NCBI GenBank assembly: GCA_963674755.2 | Contig: CAXXVS010000003.1 | Location: 2,560,001-2,624,000 of the forward strand | Direction of reading: 5' to 3' | From: Desulfobacterales bacterium | Lineage (GTDB): Bacteria > Desulfobacterota > Desulfobacteria > Desulfobacterales > UBA5852 | Length of the DNA: 64,000 nucleotides | Shown: one piece after another, positions 9,940 through 19,311 of the stretch | Numbering within the stretch: the stretch's first letter is position 1 | How the letters are laid out: each line of letters opens with the position of its first letter | Notes under the pieces: generated by a model | Told to the model about the DNA's origin: nothing | The model's input: the letters and a program-made list of their open reading frames with translations, nothing else | Database searches by the model: none | Translations under genes and position numbers: made by a program

Positions 9940-10611
9940 TTATAATTTGCCCATCGCTTGCCAGTATTCATATTCAAACGGCCACTCGTCTTTGCGATAG
10001 CGCATCAATTGGCGCATCCGTTCCATGAACTGAGTTCTGCGCTGGGCGATATCGGGCGGCACAACCTTGTTTTGCCAGTCGTGAACCAGTTTTCGGCCGA
10101 GAGCCCTGGCATTTTCCAGGATCTCGGCCGAAAATTCGTCGTCGGCCAGCGTCCCCATGGTGGCCCAGACCGAACCGACCGGGACGATGCCGGTCGTGAT
10201 CAGGAAGTGATTCATGTACTCCGCGATGGGCGCTTCGTCGCCTCCCCCGGAGGTCACTACGGAAGCGCCATACTTGCCCTCGAAGCCCAGGCGGTGGATG
10301 ACACCGCAGCAGCGGTCCATGAAGGCCTTCATTTGGGCGCTGACGCTGAAGATATAATTGGGACTTGCCAAAACGACCCCGTCGCTTTCCATGATCTTGG
10401 CCTGGATGGCTGCAAAATCATCTTTCTGGGGACAGAACCCCTTTTTGTGACATGTGTCACAAGCCTTGCAAGGCCGCACGGTCCCCCCGGGCAAATCGAC
10501 CGTTTCATAGCGCGCCCCTTCGCGTTCCGCGGCCTTCAATACCGCCAGCATCAGCCGGCCGGTATTGCCCTTTATTTTTCGTGGACTTCCCACGATGCCG
10601 ATGAGTTTCAT
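9940..10611 (-). CDS. Flavodoxin-family iron-sulfur flavoprotein (Isf-like)
   Basis: GSPR..GNT, CKACDTC....FCPQKDD, ASPNY, KAFMDR. Confidence 0.9.
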   Translation of the reverse strand: MKLIGIVGSPRKIKGNTGRLMLAVLKAAEREGARYETVDLPGGTVRPCKACDTCHKKGFCPQKDDFAAIQAKIMESDGVVLASPNYIFSVSAQMKAFMDRCCGVIHRLGFEGKYGASVVTSGGGDEAPIAEYMNHFLITTGIVPVGSVWATMGTLADDEFSAEILENARALGRKLVHDWQNKVVPPDIAQRRTQFMERMRQLMRYRKDEWPFEYEYWQAMGKL

Positions 10612-10621
10612 ATGGAGCCCC

Positions 10622-10680
10622 TCCTAATTTTGGGTTGCATCGGATCGCGGCCAGGCGCCGACGCTCAGCCACCCTTAGAC
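10622..10680 (-). repeat. Degenerate attC-like site
   Basis: Minus strand GTCTAAG...GCTGAGCGTCGGCGC...GCGATCCGATGCAACCC...ATTAGGA; both cores deviate from RYYYAAC/GTTRRRY at the normally invariant position. Confidence 0.5.
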
Positions 10681-11333
10681 AATCGCCGGAATGGCCACCA
10701 TTTGCCGGCTCCCGTCCGGACGATTTGTTGCAGCCGCTGCCGGATTGCAGCCTCCGGCGCATCCCCCTGTCCTTCATTCTCTATGTCGATCGCCAAGGCC
10801 TTGCGGGCCAATTCCACAGCCTTGCGCTTGCGGCCGGTGTCGGCCGCCATGATGGCCATGGCCGCCAGAACCTGCCACTGGGATTGCGGCAGCAGGAGCA
10901 CCACCTCGGCGTCCTTGATATGGCGGAGGGCTTCCTCGTAACAGGTTTTGTACCCGTGCCGGGCAACGAACAGGGCGAAATGGGTAGGCACATCGGTCGT
11001 GAAGAATCCTTGCGCGTTTTTACCGGCGGCGAGGGCCTGGCGGTAGACCTGCAGGGCCTCGTCCCATTGCCCCAATTCCTCCAGGCATTTGGCCTTTTGC
11101 AAATAGGCGGAACCGATCTCGTTGGGGTCGGGATAATGCGCGATGAGATGTTCCAGAAGCACCAGGGCCGCCTGGTATTCGGGCGGGGAACATTCGCGTT
11201 GCAGATAATAGGCCTGTATCCGGAGATATTGCGCTTTTTTATAGGAGGATCGTGCCCGTTGAAAATGGGCGAAAAAATCCTTTTCGTCTTCGGGCGACCA
11301 CGATGTTTTGCGGTACCAGTCTCTTTTTCCCAT
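10665..11333 (-). CDS. TPR-like hypothetical protein
   Basis: Helical repeats, e.g. AYLQKAKCLEELGQWDEALQVYRQAL. Confidence 0.7.
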   Translation of the reverse strand: MGKRDWYRKTSWSPEDEKDFFAHFQRARSSYKKAQYLRIQAYYLQRECSPPEYQAALVLLEHLIAHYPDPNEIGSAYLQKAKCLEELGQWDEALQVYRQALAAGKNAQGFFTTDVPTHFALFVARHGYKTCYEEALRHIKDAEVVLLLPQSQWQVLAAMAIMAADTGRKRKAVELARKALAIDIENEGQGDAPEAAIRQRLQQIVRTGAGKWWPFRRLSKGG

Positions 11334-11429
11334 TTCCCCGCCCCGTTTGGATGAAATTGCGTTGGGGGTCGTCGCGCAGCCGTTCGGGCCGATCCCTTTA
11401 TCGTCGGTATTGCCAGGCGCTTTCAGGCC

Positions 11430-11496
11430 GTCTGAACGCGGCCGCCAACTTGCCTTGGTCCGGCATCCCGGGCCAAAAGGTTTATACGCGTTATGC
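11430..11496 (-). repeat. attC-like site
   Basis: GCATAAC-GCG...TGGCCCGG-GATG-CCGGACCA...CGC-GTTCAGAC, 67-bp imperfect hairpin just downstream of the methyltransferase. Confidence 0.6.
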
Positions 11497-11515
11497 CGCG
11501 CCTGTAATCTTGTCG

Positions 11516-12193
11516 CTATTGCGAGGGCTTGCCGGCAAACACGTAAGCCCGTCTGCTCTGATACTCGATTTCAGGGTAGGGGTCCCTTTCGATCGTCTCT
11601 GTTTCAGAGAAGCCACACATGGTCAACAGGTTCGTTATCTGATCAGGCTTGAAAAACATGAACTCAATAGCGATCTTTTTCCCAAGAAATTCGTCGACGA
11701 AAAGAGTCCCTTCGCCGATATGGTAGGAAAGAAGAAGCAATCCTCCCGGTTTCAGGACACGGTAGATTTCATTCAAAGCGGTGCGTACCTGATCCTCCGT
11801 AAAATGAACGATGGCATAAAACGCTATAATGGCCGCGATGGAATTGTCGTCAAATTCAAGCGCGAGCATATTGCCCTTCCGAAAAGGGATGTCCGGATAA
11901 GTTGTTTGGGCATGTTCGACAAAACGCGCGGACAAATCAAGTCCTGCAATCTCAACCCCCAGCTTTTTGAGACATTTTGCGGTGTGACCCGGACCGCATC
12001 CGAAATCCCAAACCGGTTTCCGGTTTTTGACGGCTTGTGAAAATCGGAGGAGTATTTCCCGATCCATGGGTTTCTTCCCATGTTCGCCGGAGAAGACTTC
12101 GGCGTATTCCTTGGATACGGCATCATACAAATTTTCTACGGCAGACGAATTATCGATAATGTGTCCCGTGCCTTTATTGCGCGGCTCTTCCAC
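11516..12193 (-). CDS. Class I SAM-dependent methyltransferase
   Basis: WDFGCGPG, GLDLS, RVLKPGG. Confidence 0.92.
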   Translation of the reverse strand: MEEPRNKGTGHIIDNSSAVENLYDAVSKEYAEVFSGEHGKKPMDREILLRFSQAVKNRKPVWDFGCGPGHTAKCLKKLGVEIAGLDLSARFVEHAQTTYPDIPFRKGNMLALEFDDNSIAAIIAFYAIVHFTEDQVRTALNEIYRVLKPGGLLLLSYHIGEGTLFVDEFLGKKIAIEFMFFKPDQITNLLTMCGFSETETIERDPYPEIEYQSRRAYVFAGKPSQ

Positions 12194-12276
12194 GCTACCT
12201 GCCCCCTATTGAGAGAAAACCAGACGCGGCAGTATTTAATCGATATCTTTAAGCCATGCGTGCCACGGGAATTACC

Positions 12277-12762
12277 CTAAGCGTTGGGAACCCCTATCCT
12301 AATGGCCCTCAAAATGTCACTCTCCGAAGCCGGTCCGTTGTTATCGATTTCCGCCGCCCAATCCAATTTCACGCGCGCGGCAATGGCGTTGTATTCAGCC
12401 ACTTTGTCATCCGAAACAGGGATGTGGTTTTTCCGGTCACGTTGCTTGACCCGTTCGAGACAAATATCAAGATCACAAAAGACGCGGATCAATTTGATCG
12501 AATACTTCCGGCTTAACGATTCATGGAATCGATGGAAGCCGTCACCGGCGCCCAGATTCTCAATCATCAGTTTGTCACCGCTCTCGAAAGCTTGGTCGAT
12601 GGCCTGTTCGACCTTTTGCCACCCGTCTTCCCCGGGCTTCAACGACAGCCAGATGTTTTCGACCCGCAGGAAAGCGATATCGGTCTTTTCCGCGATCAAG
12701 GTGCCGATGGTGGTCTTGCCCGACCCCTTGGGCCCGATCAGCATATAGAGGGTTTTTTCCAC
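12277..12762 (-). CDS. P-loop kinase (AAA/shikimate-kinase-like)
   Basis: IGPKGSGKTT, CLERVKQR lid. Confidence 0.8.
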   Translation of the reverse strand: MEKTLYMLIGPKGSGKTTIGTLIAEKTDIAFLRVENIWLSLKPGEDGWQKVEQAIDQAFESGDKLMIENLGAGDGFHRFHESLSRKYSIKLIRVFCDLDICLERVKQRDRKNHIPVSDDKVAEYNAIAARVKLDWAAEIDNNGPASESDILRAIRIGVPNA

Positions 12763-13292
12763 TACGCTTGTTCCGCGAGAGATTTAAAGTTAAGCAACTG
12801 GCGGCGCATCATGACCCAATCGCCCCAGGCCAGGAAGGTGCGCATCAGCCGGGGGAGCGGGCCCGGAGAGTAGGGGATCACAAGCTTGACCAGAAGACGA
12901 CAGGCGCTCCGGGTCTGGGGAACGATCAGATAGCTCACCAGACAATCGCCCCAAAGGCGCGATCCGATCGCCTTCGGCTCGAGCCGGAGGGTTATGTGGC
13001 GGTTCCGCTCGAAAGCGATGACTTCGAAAATGGTCATCATGCGCTGGCCCACGGCAAGTTTGTCCAACCCGGGGATCAAGTTCCGGGGGCTGCGGCGACC
13101 CAGGTTGTCGATCCAGTCGTAGCTGTAAGGTGCAACCCGCATCTGACACAGCCAGGGAAACAGGACTTCGGCTGCGGCCTTGACGGTGATCCCCCGATAA
13201 AAGGCGGCATTGGGTCCTTGAGCCCAGCTATCGCAGGGGAAGGGCCGTAAAAGCTCGTGCGGTGAGGTGCCCCAGGTGACGGGTAGCGGCAT
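12762..13292 (-). CDS. SRPBCC/START-like hypothetical protein
   Basis: ITVKAAAEVLFPWLCQM..APYSYDWIDN, WVMMRRQLLNFKSLAE pattern. Confidence 0.65.
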   Translation of the reverse strand: MPLPVTWGTSPHELLRPFPCDSWAQGPNAAFYRGITVKAAAEVLFPWLCQMRVAPYSYDWIDNLGRRSPRNLIPGLDKLAVGQRMMTIFEVIAFERNRHITLRLEPKAIGSRLWGDCLVSYLIVPQTRSACRLLVKLVIPYSPGPLPRLMRTFLAWGDWVMMRRQLLNFKSLAEQA

Positions 13293-13318
13293 CGTAAGTT
13301 CCCCTGCGAAATAAACGT

Positions 13319-14791
13319 CTATCGTGCGGTCCCATCTCCATAGCCGTATGCCTCGCCGGCACCCAGCCGGCCCATGGCAAGATCTGTCACTCGCATTACG
13401 GCGCTCTCCGTGTAGAAGCCCACCCCGCCTTTCCGGTATGTGTCGTCCGCCAGGCTCAGCAGGATATAGCCGTTCAAGGAAAATTCCAGGTATTGTTCAT
13501 ATGCGACCAGGCGGAATGCAACCGGGCCGCTTTCGGCCTCGTAGTGGCCGGCCTGCAGCTGTCGATAGCGAAAATCGTTGTCCATGGTGCCCCCGGGCTT
13601 TTTCCCCCAGGCCCGGATCTGGGTGAGGCCTTTATAGAGTTCAAGGCTCAGGTAATAACCGTCGCCCTCTTCGTCAACCCGCAGCACCAGGCCGCATTTG
13701 CCCCGCTTTGCCAGTTCCAGGGTGCCGGTCAGCAGGAAGTTCCGGTAGTCGCCCCGGAGCAGAAACACCTCGCCGCCGCTTTCGCTGCCAAGATGCAATT
13801 CATCATCCCGGGAGGACCCCCTGGCGGAACGATTGCCGAACAGCGCTTTGACCGGCGTCAGTTCGGGCAGGGCATGGCGCGTCCGGGCCAGGCGGTCAAA
13901 ACCCTGAAACGATTTCAGCCTCAGTTCACCTTCCGCATCGACCGCCAGCTCCTTGGGCGGGGCCATCAGATGGATGCTTTCAGCATGCCGTTTTTTGACG
14001 AAGAAGTTCCAGATCAGATAGCCGTCCCGCACAGCGGATAGGCGGGCCGCATAGTTGCCCTGGGGCAGCAGGACATTGTCGGAGAAATTGCGGTAGGGGC
14101 CTTCGAATCGATCCGACCACCAGTAATGGACCTTGACGTCCTCCCGGATGGATCCCACCAGATAATAGCGGCCGTCGATCCGTGCCAGGTTCGGCACCTC
14201 CACATCGTCATATTGCATGGGGTGGAACAGCGGCGGCCCGAATTCATACCGGCCACCGGCCGTCTCCCTGATAAGCGCCACGCATCCCCGCCGCACGAGC
14301 GGCCCCGTCTTGACGCGGGCCGCGGCAAGCAGAAAATGTTTACCGTTTTCCCGGAAGCAGAAGGGGTCCCGAAAACTGACCCAGTGCCGGCCCTCGGCCA
14401 CCTCATGCTCATAGTGGGAGCCCGGAATCTCCAGGGGAAAGGTCCCGGAGGTATCCTTCTCCCAATGATAGAGGTCGTCACTGCGGGCCAGACCGATGCG
14501 CTGAATGCGGCTTTGGTCTTGCAGGCCCAGGCCCGTGTAGAACATCCGCCAGGCACCTTCCCGGGCGGGGTCGGGCGAGACATGCATGGTCCACAGCATA
14601 TCATCGTCCCAGGCGTCCGGGTCGCTGATGAACAGGGCGTTCTTGACGCGGCGCCAGCTCAACCCGTCGCGGCTCACGGCGTGGGCGATGTAGGCATGGT
14701 TGGGGAGGGTCAGGTGATAGAGATGAAAAACCCCGTCGTGTTCGACGACATTGACGTCGCCGATCTGCAAATCCCTAATCCTTGGATACAT
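13319..14791 (-). CDS. GH32-like glycoside hydrolase (five-bladed propeller plus beta-sandwich)
   Basis: GDV...FHLYHL, HAVSRDG, FRDP, DVEVP; C-terminal GGVGFY. Confidence 0.75.
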   Translation of the reverse strand: MYPRIRDLQIGDVNVVEHDGVFHLYHLTLPNHAYIAHAVSRDGLSWRRVKNALFISDPDAWDDDMLWTMHVSPDPAREGAWRMFYTGLGLQDQSRIQRIGLARSDDLYHWEKDTSGTFPLEIPGSHYEHEVAEGRHWVSFRDPFCFRENGKHFLLAAARVKTGPLVRRGCVALIRETAGGRYEFGPPLFHPMQYDDVEVPNLARIDGRYYLVGSIREDVKVHYWWSDRFEGPYRNFSDNVLLPQGNYAARLSAVRDGYLIWNFFVKKRHAESIHLMAPPKELAVDAEGELRLKSFQGFDRLARTRHALPELTPVKALFGNRSARGSSRDDELHLGSESGGEVFLLRGDYRNFLLTGTLELAKRGKCGLVLRVDEEGDGYYLSLELYKGLTQIRAWGKKPGGTMDNDFRYRQLQAGHYEAESGPVAFRLVAYEQYLEFSLNGYILLSLADDTYRKGGVGFYTESAVMRVTDLAMGRLGAGEAYGYGDGTAR

Positions 14792-14875
14792 GGTTTGACC
14801 TCTGTTGGAAACCTTCGCAACGGGCAGGTTCTCTATGGAAGCCGTCCCGCTGAAATGGCGGTAGAAGCGCTTGCG

Positions 14876-14935
14876 GCCTAACGCTCCAGCGATCGATCCG
14901 GCCCATAGACGGACTGGCCCTGATCAGCGGCTTTT
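14876..14935 (-). repeat. Partial attC-like site
   Basis: Perfect core GTTAGGC (14882-14876) after imperfect stem GCTGATCAGGGCC...GGCCGGATCGATCGC; R'' core not recognisable. Confidence 0.45.
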
Positions 14936-14951
14936 CCCTTGCCGTGCTCCG

Positions 14952-15614
14952 TCACAATTCCGGATGATTACGGAGTTCCTTCACACCATTGGGGGTATCG
15001 ATATAAACGATCATATAGGGGGTGGCGTTTCGGCCTAAAGCGTTTATCGTCACGAGATTCGACGCCCCTATTGACGCTAAAGCAGATTCAAGCCAACGCG
15101 GATAGGGATGGTAGATCGCCAAACCTTGAAAACGGCAAGCGCGATCGGCCATGTTCGCGGACGGATGGGTCTCGGTCTGCCATTCGATCGCATAGGGCAG
15201 CAGGCCCCCCGCGATGAGCCTTCCGTCCTCGGGAAGCCCGAAATACCAGCTCAAATCCCCCCGGGTGACGAACTCGGCGGTTCCCAGTGAAAACGCGGCC
15301 TGCGCCATCAGCGTGTTGATATCTTGCGTGTTGACGACCCAGGCCAACAATGCCGGCTGTTTCTCGATCCGCTGCCGTATGAAGGCGTCATCCAAACCGA
15401 ACCACCTTGGACGCGTGGGCGGTGCCATGTCAGGATTGATAGCAAGTATTTCCAGGAAGCTATCATTTCCGAGCTGCATTAGGTGATTATGCGTGCCCAT
15501 CTTTTCATGCACGCCGCCAAAGGGCATATCAACGCCCAAACATTCCTGCACATACGCAACCCCCTGCTCGAGGGAGCCCGCGCCTATCACAAGATGGTCT
15601 ATACGTGTTGGCAT
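14952..15614 (-). CDS. VOC/glyoxalase-like protein
   Basis: IDHLVI, GGVHEKMGTHNHL, FLEILAINP, PYAIEW. Confidence 0.88.
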   Translation of the reverse strand: MPTRIDHLVIGAGSLEQGVAYVQECLGVDMPFGGVHEKMGTHNHLMQLGNDSFLEILAINPDMAPPTRPRWFGLDDAFIRQRIEKQPALLAWVVNTQDINTLMAQAAFSLGTAEFVTRGDLSWYFGLPEDGRLIAGGLLPYAIEWQTETHPSANMADRACRFQGLAIYHPYPRWLESALASIGASNLVTINALGRNATPYMIVYIDTPNGVKELRNHPEL

Positions 15615-15642
15615 TTTTCGCTCGCGAAAATGGTGGTTGAGC

Positions 15643-15706
15643 CCTTAACGCCGTTGTTGGGCGGCGAGCGGAGCAAGTCCTATAGCCGCCGCGGCTAACG
15701 GCGCCG
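15643..15706 (-). repeat. attC-like site
   Basis: Stem CGCCGTT/AACGGCG plus GGCGGC/GCCGCC; ends in GTTAAGG; R'' decayed to TTCCGGC. Confidence 0.55.
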
Positions 15707-15714
15707 GAATGATT

Positions 15715-15978
15715 TCAGTATTTGACACTTCTCCAGTACCTGACGCCAGGCGCTCCCCCTTGACACGCGGGGCAACGCTTTTCATGCATATCAGATCCAT
15801 TTGTTCCATAGACATAGCCGCAAATTGTGCATTCAGTTTTATAGGCATATTGGCCATGGTCTGTTCCCTGAACGCCGCAATGCCCGCCACACTGTTGGCC
15901 ATTAGGATTAAGATAGCCGATTTCCACACTCTTGCCACTACCGTCCTGCCAGTTTATCGGAATATAGTTTTCGTCCAT
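15715..15978 (-). CDS. Small Cys-rich, putative zinc-ribbon protein
   Basis: 87 aa; CGGHC, CTIC, CPAC. Confidence 0.7.
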   Translation of the reverse strand: MDENYIPINWQDGSGKSVEIGYLNPNGQQCGGHCGVQGTDHGQYAYKTECTICGYVYGTNGSDMHEKRCPACQGGAPGVRYWRSVKY

Positions 15979-16001
15979 GGCTCAGCTTTCTCTGTGCATG
16001 C

Positions 16002-16060
16002 ATTTGGCGTGTGGCTCAAGCACGCGGTTTGTCGGCGTCACTTGCGGCCTGTGGTTCGTC
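16002..16060 (-). repeat. attC-like site overlapping the mscS 3' end
   Basis: GACGAAC-CACAGGCCGCAAGTGACGCCGACAAACCGCGTGCTTGAGCCACAC-GCCAAAT; translated as the tail EPQAASDADKPRA. Confidence 0.55.
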
Positions 16061-17113
16061 GTCTTTGTCTTCCTGATTCAATTCATCCTGTTTGTGCTCC
16101 GTCGCCTTGAGGCGTTCGCGGACCTGGGCCATTTTCGACTTGATCTGCTCCTTGTCTTCGCCGGACGCTTCCTTGAGCAAGGAGTCCAATTCCTGGAGCT
16201 CTTTGGTCAATTTCTGTTTCTCGTTTTCAATCTGCTCAGCCCGGTCGGCCTTGTCAAAGGCAATTTCCTCGGCCGCGGCCGATGTTTCCGGGGACGCTTC
16301 GGCAAACGTTGGCGGGATGACCTTTTTATCTTCTCCCATGGGGCGCTGATTCATATAGGTCGGCGACATGATTTCGATACCCTTGCCATGCAGCGTGTCC
16401 AGAACATGCCGGGAAAGGTTGGAACGGGCGGTGATAAGCCCCTTCACATCAACCAGCAGGCCGGAGATGCGATAGGTGATCGCGTAGTTGCCGATTTCGA
16501 GGATGTGAACAAAAGGCTCCTCGAGTCCGCTTTGCGCCGCGGCTTCAATAAGCAGCGGTTCGACCTTCGAATGATGAAGGTCGAAGCCCAGGGACAGGGT
16601 GGTTGAGATGATGGTGCCCGAATTGAGAACCGCCGTTACGGGGTTGCGGATCAGGTAGGTGTTGGGAAGGGCGATAAGCTCCCGGGCCTCGGTCTGCAAT
16701 TCCGTGTCAAACAAGCCGCGTTCGGTGACACGGCCGAAATAGTCGCCGACACGCACAAAATCACCGGTCCTGAAGGGTTTGGTTATATTGAGCAGTATCC
16801 CGGCCATAAAGTTGGCCACGATCGTTGTCGATGAGAAGGCGATGATACCTGAAATCAGCAGCCCGATAAGCCCCAGCAGCCGGTCGCGAAACGCCTCGCT
16901 CACGGGCAGGACGATAATGGCGAGGATAAGACCAAGCAGCAGCAAGCCCAGCAAAATGATTTGGCGGGGAAACTTGCGCTCACTGCTCAGATCGGGATGG
17001 CGCCCGATGAGAAACCAGTGAGCGCCCCGCAGGGCCCCCGCCAGCGCAAGGGCGACACATATGAGGGGCCAGAATGATATGATCGAATCCAGCAGGTGGT
17101 TCCAGCGTTCCAT
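16016..17113 (-). CDS. MscS-family mechanosensitive channel
   Basis: Three TM helices, ANFMAGI...KPFRTGDFVRVG...GRV; C-terminal coiled coil. Confidence 0.9.
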   Translation of the reverse strand: MERWNHLLDSIISFWPLICVALALAGALRGAHWFLIGRHPDLSSERKFPRQIILLGLLLLGLILAIIVLPVSEAFRDRLLGLIGLLISGIIAFSSTTIVANFMAGILLNITKPFRTGDFVRVGDYFGRVTERGLFDTELQTEARELIALPNTYLIRNPVTAVLNSGTIISTTLSLGFDLHHSKVEPLLIEAAAQSGLEEPFVHILEIGNYAITYRISGLLVDVKGLITARSNLSRHVLDTLHGKGIEIMSPTYMNQRPMGEDKKVIPPTFAEASPETSAAAEEIAFDKADRAEQIENEKQKLTKELQELDSLLKEASGEDKEQIKSKMAQVRERLKATEHKQDELNQEDKDDEPQAASDADKPRA

Positions 17114-17131
17114 AAATGATCCCGATTGTTC

Positions 17132-17188
17132 TGCCGACGGTTGGTAGAAAACCGCGCCCCAGGATGGTCACGATCCTCATTATTGAAA
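17132..17188 (-). repeat. Highly decayed attC-like site
   Basis: TTTCAAT...GAGGATCGTGACC/GGGGCGCGGTTTTC...GTCGGCA; stem mismatches mostly transitions. Confidence 0.3.
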
Positions 17189-17207
17189 AACATGCGCCGC
17201 CAATCGA

Positions 17208-17312
17208 TAGATGTCGTCTTTAACCGTGGCGGCACGCTTGAGCCAGGCACCGCCGCAAAGGCGCGATCATCAAGCAGCGAACCGATTTTCCAGCCGTTCG
17301 CATCTTTCATTC
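17208..17312 (-). pseudogene. Diverged, frameshifted copy of an internal segment (17776-17881) of the DUF1254 gene
   Basis: MKDANGWKIGSLLDDRAF versus MKDANGWKIGSLFGDRAF; 105 versus 106 nt. Confidence 0.75.
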
Positions 17313-17351
17313 AAAACCACGGCCAGGAATTCAGGCGTTCAGACCGGCATC

Positions 17352-18830
17352 TCACTTGGCTTTGATGATAGCCGGTGGGCTCCAGGTGCCTTTACCGGCC
17401 GGCAGGATGGAAGGTGCTTCCGTCTTCGGCCAATAGAGGCGCATCACGAGATAAATTGATCCGTTCGGTGCCGGCAGCCAGTTGGATTCCTTCTGTTTGC
17501 CCGGTGAATCCTTCTGGATATAGAGTGTCAGCGAACCGTCTGGGTTTTTCTTCATATCCGGCACCATCGGCGAGTTGATGAGGTAACGGTTGATGGGATT
17601 CTTGATGAGCAGCTGTGTCTTGCCGTCGTACATGGTTACGGACCAGAAAGCGTTCACGGGCGGCAGTTGGCCGGCGGGGAAGGTGAGCGTATAGCGATGG
17701 CTGCTGCCATCGAGCGCGTCGCCGTCGGCATCCTGCCGGGTTATCGGATACATGGCCTCAACCGCATCGTTTCCGTAGATGCCGCCTTTGGCAGCAGCGG
17801 CCCGCTTGAGCCAGTTGCCGCTGTAAAAGGCACGGTCACCAAACAGCGAACCGATTTTCCAGCCGTTGGCGTCTTTCATTCTGGCGGACAAGTATTGGTC
17901 TACGCGGTCATCACCCGCCTTCATCGCAAGCAGGATGGCGGCCTTGTGTTCCAAGGAGAGATCCTTGAATTCAAAAGCCTTGTCCGGCCCGATTCCGATG
18001 CGGGCTAACCTGGTTCTTATGGCCCTGTCCTCCGGTGTTATGGGGATGAACGTCAGGGCGGCGTCGAGATACGAGAAGAAGTTGTCCTTGATCCCGCTCG
18101 TCGATGCCGGGAAGAAATCGATCGTGGGGGCGGCGGGCGGAGCGGGCTGTTTCAAATAGGCGGAGAGGGGTTGAACCTTGTATCCCTTTTGAACCGCCAC
18201 CACATTCGGCATGTCGCCGGGATCGAACAGCTGGGTTCTGAAGATGGTCAGTGAAAAAGGTGTCGTTGATCGGAATACCTTTTTGAACCTGGCAGGTGTT
18301 TCGCCCTTCCAATCGGGGCCGGCAACAAGGTAGGCGCCGGCGCCGTTGCCGGTCGCACGGCTTCCGATATAGCCGTAGTTGTAAGTATTGCCGTCAACAA
18401 GCTGAACCGAGTAGTAGCGTTCTTTTTCAACGGCCGGTACGGAGATCACCACTGGCTCCGCCCGCAGGTCCAGCCAGATCATCGAATACGGGGTGTCGCT
18501 GTTGGGCGTTACGACAGCCGTGTCCTTGTAGGTGAATACGTGTTCATCGTTGTAGATCGTGTTGAAGGGAGCCTTGTATTGCCCGGAATTTTTGTCAACG
18601 GCGAATTCGTTCATGATCGCGTAGTTCATCACGATGGGCAAACCATAGATAAAACCTTCCTCGGCAATGTCCTTGGTCTCGGCAATGCCTGGCGCGATAA
18701 TCCCGGCGGCTTTATCAGCCTGCTCGGCGACTGAAATGGCATCGTTCTTTTTAACGCAAGAAGCCAACGCCACGAGTGTGATGACGCAGCATATCATGAT
18801 GACAATTGACTTACGTTCTATCGTTATCAT
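17352..18830 (-). CDS. DUF1254/DUF1214 domain lipoprotein
   Basis: LASC lipobox, FIYGLP, TPNSDTPYS, AFWSVTMYD, SNWLPAP, MRLYWP. Confidence 0.9.
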   Translation of the reverse strand: MITIERKSIVIMICCVITLVALASCVKKNDAISVAEQADKAAGIIAPGIAETKDIAEEGFIYGLPIVMNYAIMNEFAVDKNSGQYKAPFNTIYNDEHVFTYKDTAVVTPNSDTPYSMIWLDLRAEPVVISVPAVEKERYYSVQLVDGNTYNYGYIGSRATGNGAGAYLVAGPDWKGETPARFKKVFRSTTPFSLTIFRTQLFDPGDMPNVVAVQKGYKVQPLSAYLKQPAPPAAPTIDFFPASTSGIKDNFFSYLDAALTFIPITPEDRAIRTRLARIGIGPDKAFEFKDLSLEHKAAILLAMKAGDDRVDQYLSARMKDANGWKIGSLFGDRAFYSGNWLKRAAAAKGGIYGNDAVEAMYPITRQDADGDALDGSSHRYTLTFPAGQLPPVNAFWSVTMYDGKTQLLIKNPINRYLINSPMVPDMKKNPDGSLTLYIQKDSPGKQKESNWLPAPNGSIYLVMRLYWPKTEAPSILPAGKGTWSPPAIIKAK

Positions 18831-19247
18831 CCGCTTGTCCTCCTGTAAGGGTTATCTTGTCGGGTTAAGTCATCTTTAGCCATATCGTCCAGTAGTGCAG
18901 GTGTGAGGCGCGAGAACAAACAGCCTGGCGAGAAACAAGGAAGCAATGAACCGCCAGCATTGTTGTCAACCAATATGGGTATTCATTACGAATTGACAAG
19001 ATCAAGACCAGCCAAGGGCAACCGTATGGCAAAAGTCTATTTGCCAACGGCCATCCGGCTATGGCGGCGCTCGGCGTGCGGAACGCCTTCAAAGCGGTCT
19101 GCCAAACGGGAAATTTGCGGGCTAATTATTTCTTTGAGGGGTGCTCTGGAAAGATTGTTTTTCGGACATCTGATGCCGGCGTTTCCCTGCATCGTTTTTT
19201 TATACGGCAAATCTTGTCGATCGGTATCGACCGAAGTAGAAAAATCC

Positions 19248-19311
19248 GCCTGAACATGCTGCTGTAGGGCGTGCGGCAGTTTGAACGTCTCTATCAGCGG
19301 ATTTGTTAGCC
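19248..19311 (-). repeat. attC-like site (best preserved)
   Basis: GGCTAAC contains the GNAT stop codon; GCTGATAGAGACG pairs imperfectly with CGCCCTACAGC with bulged bases; ends GTTCAGGC; 64 bp. Confidence 0.7.

Noticed and set aside
12200..12290. Possible attC starting at TCCCAAC in the kinase 3' end
   Set aside because: No convincing stem or matching GTT core
18865..19253. Short ORFs between the DUF1254 and GNAT genes
   Set aside because: No RBS or recognisable motif; possibly a decayed cassette but unsupported
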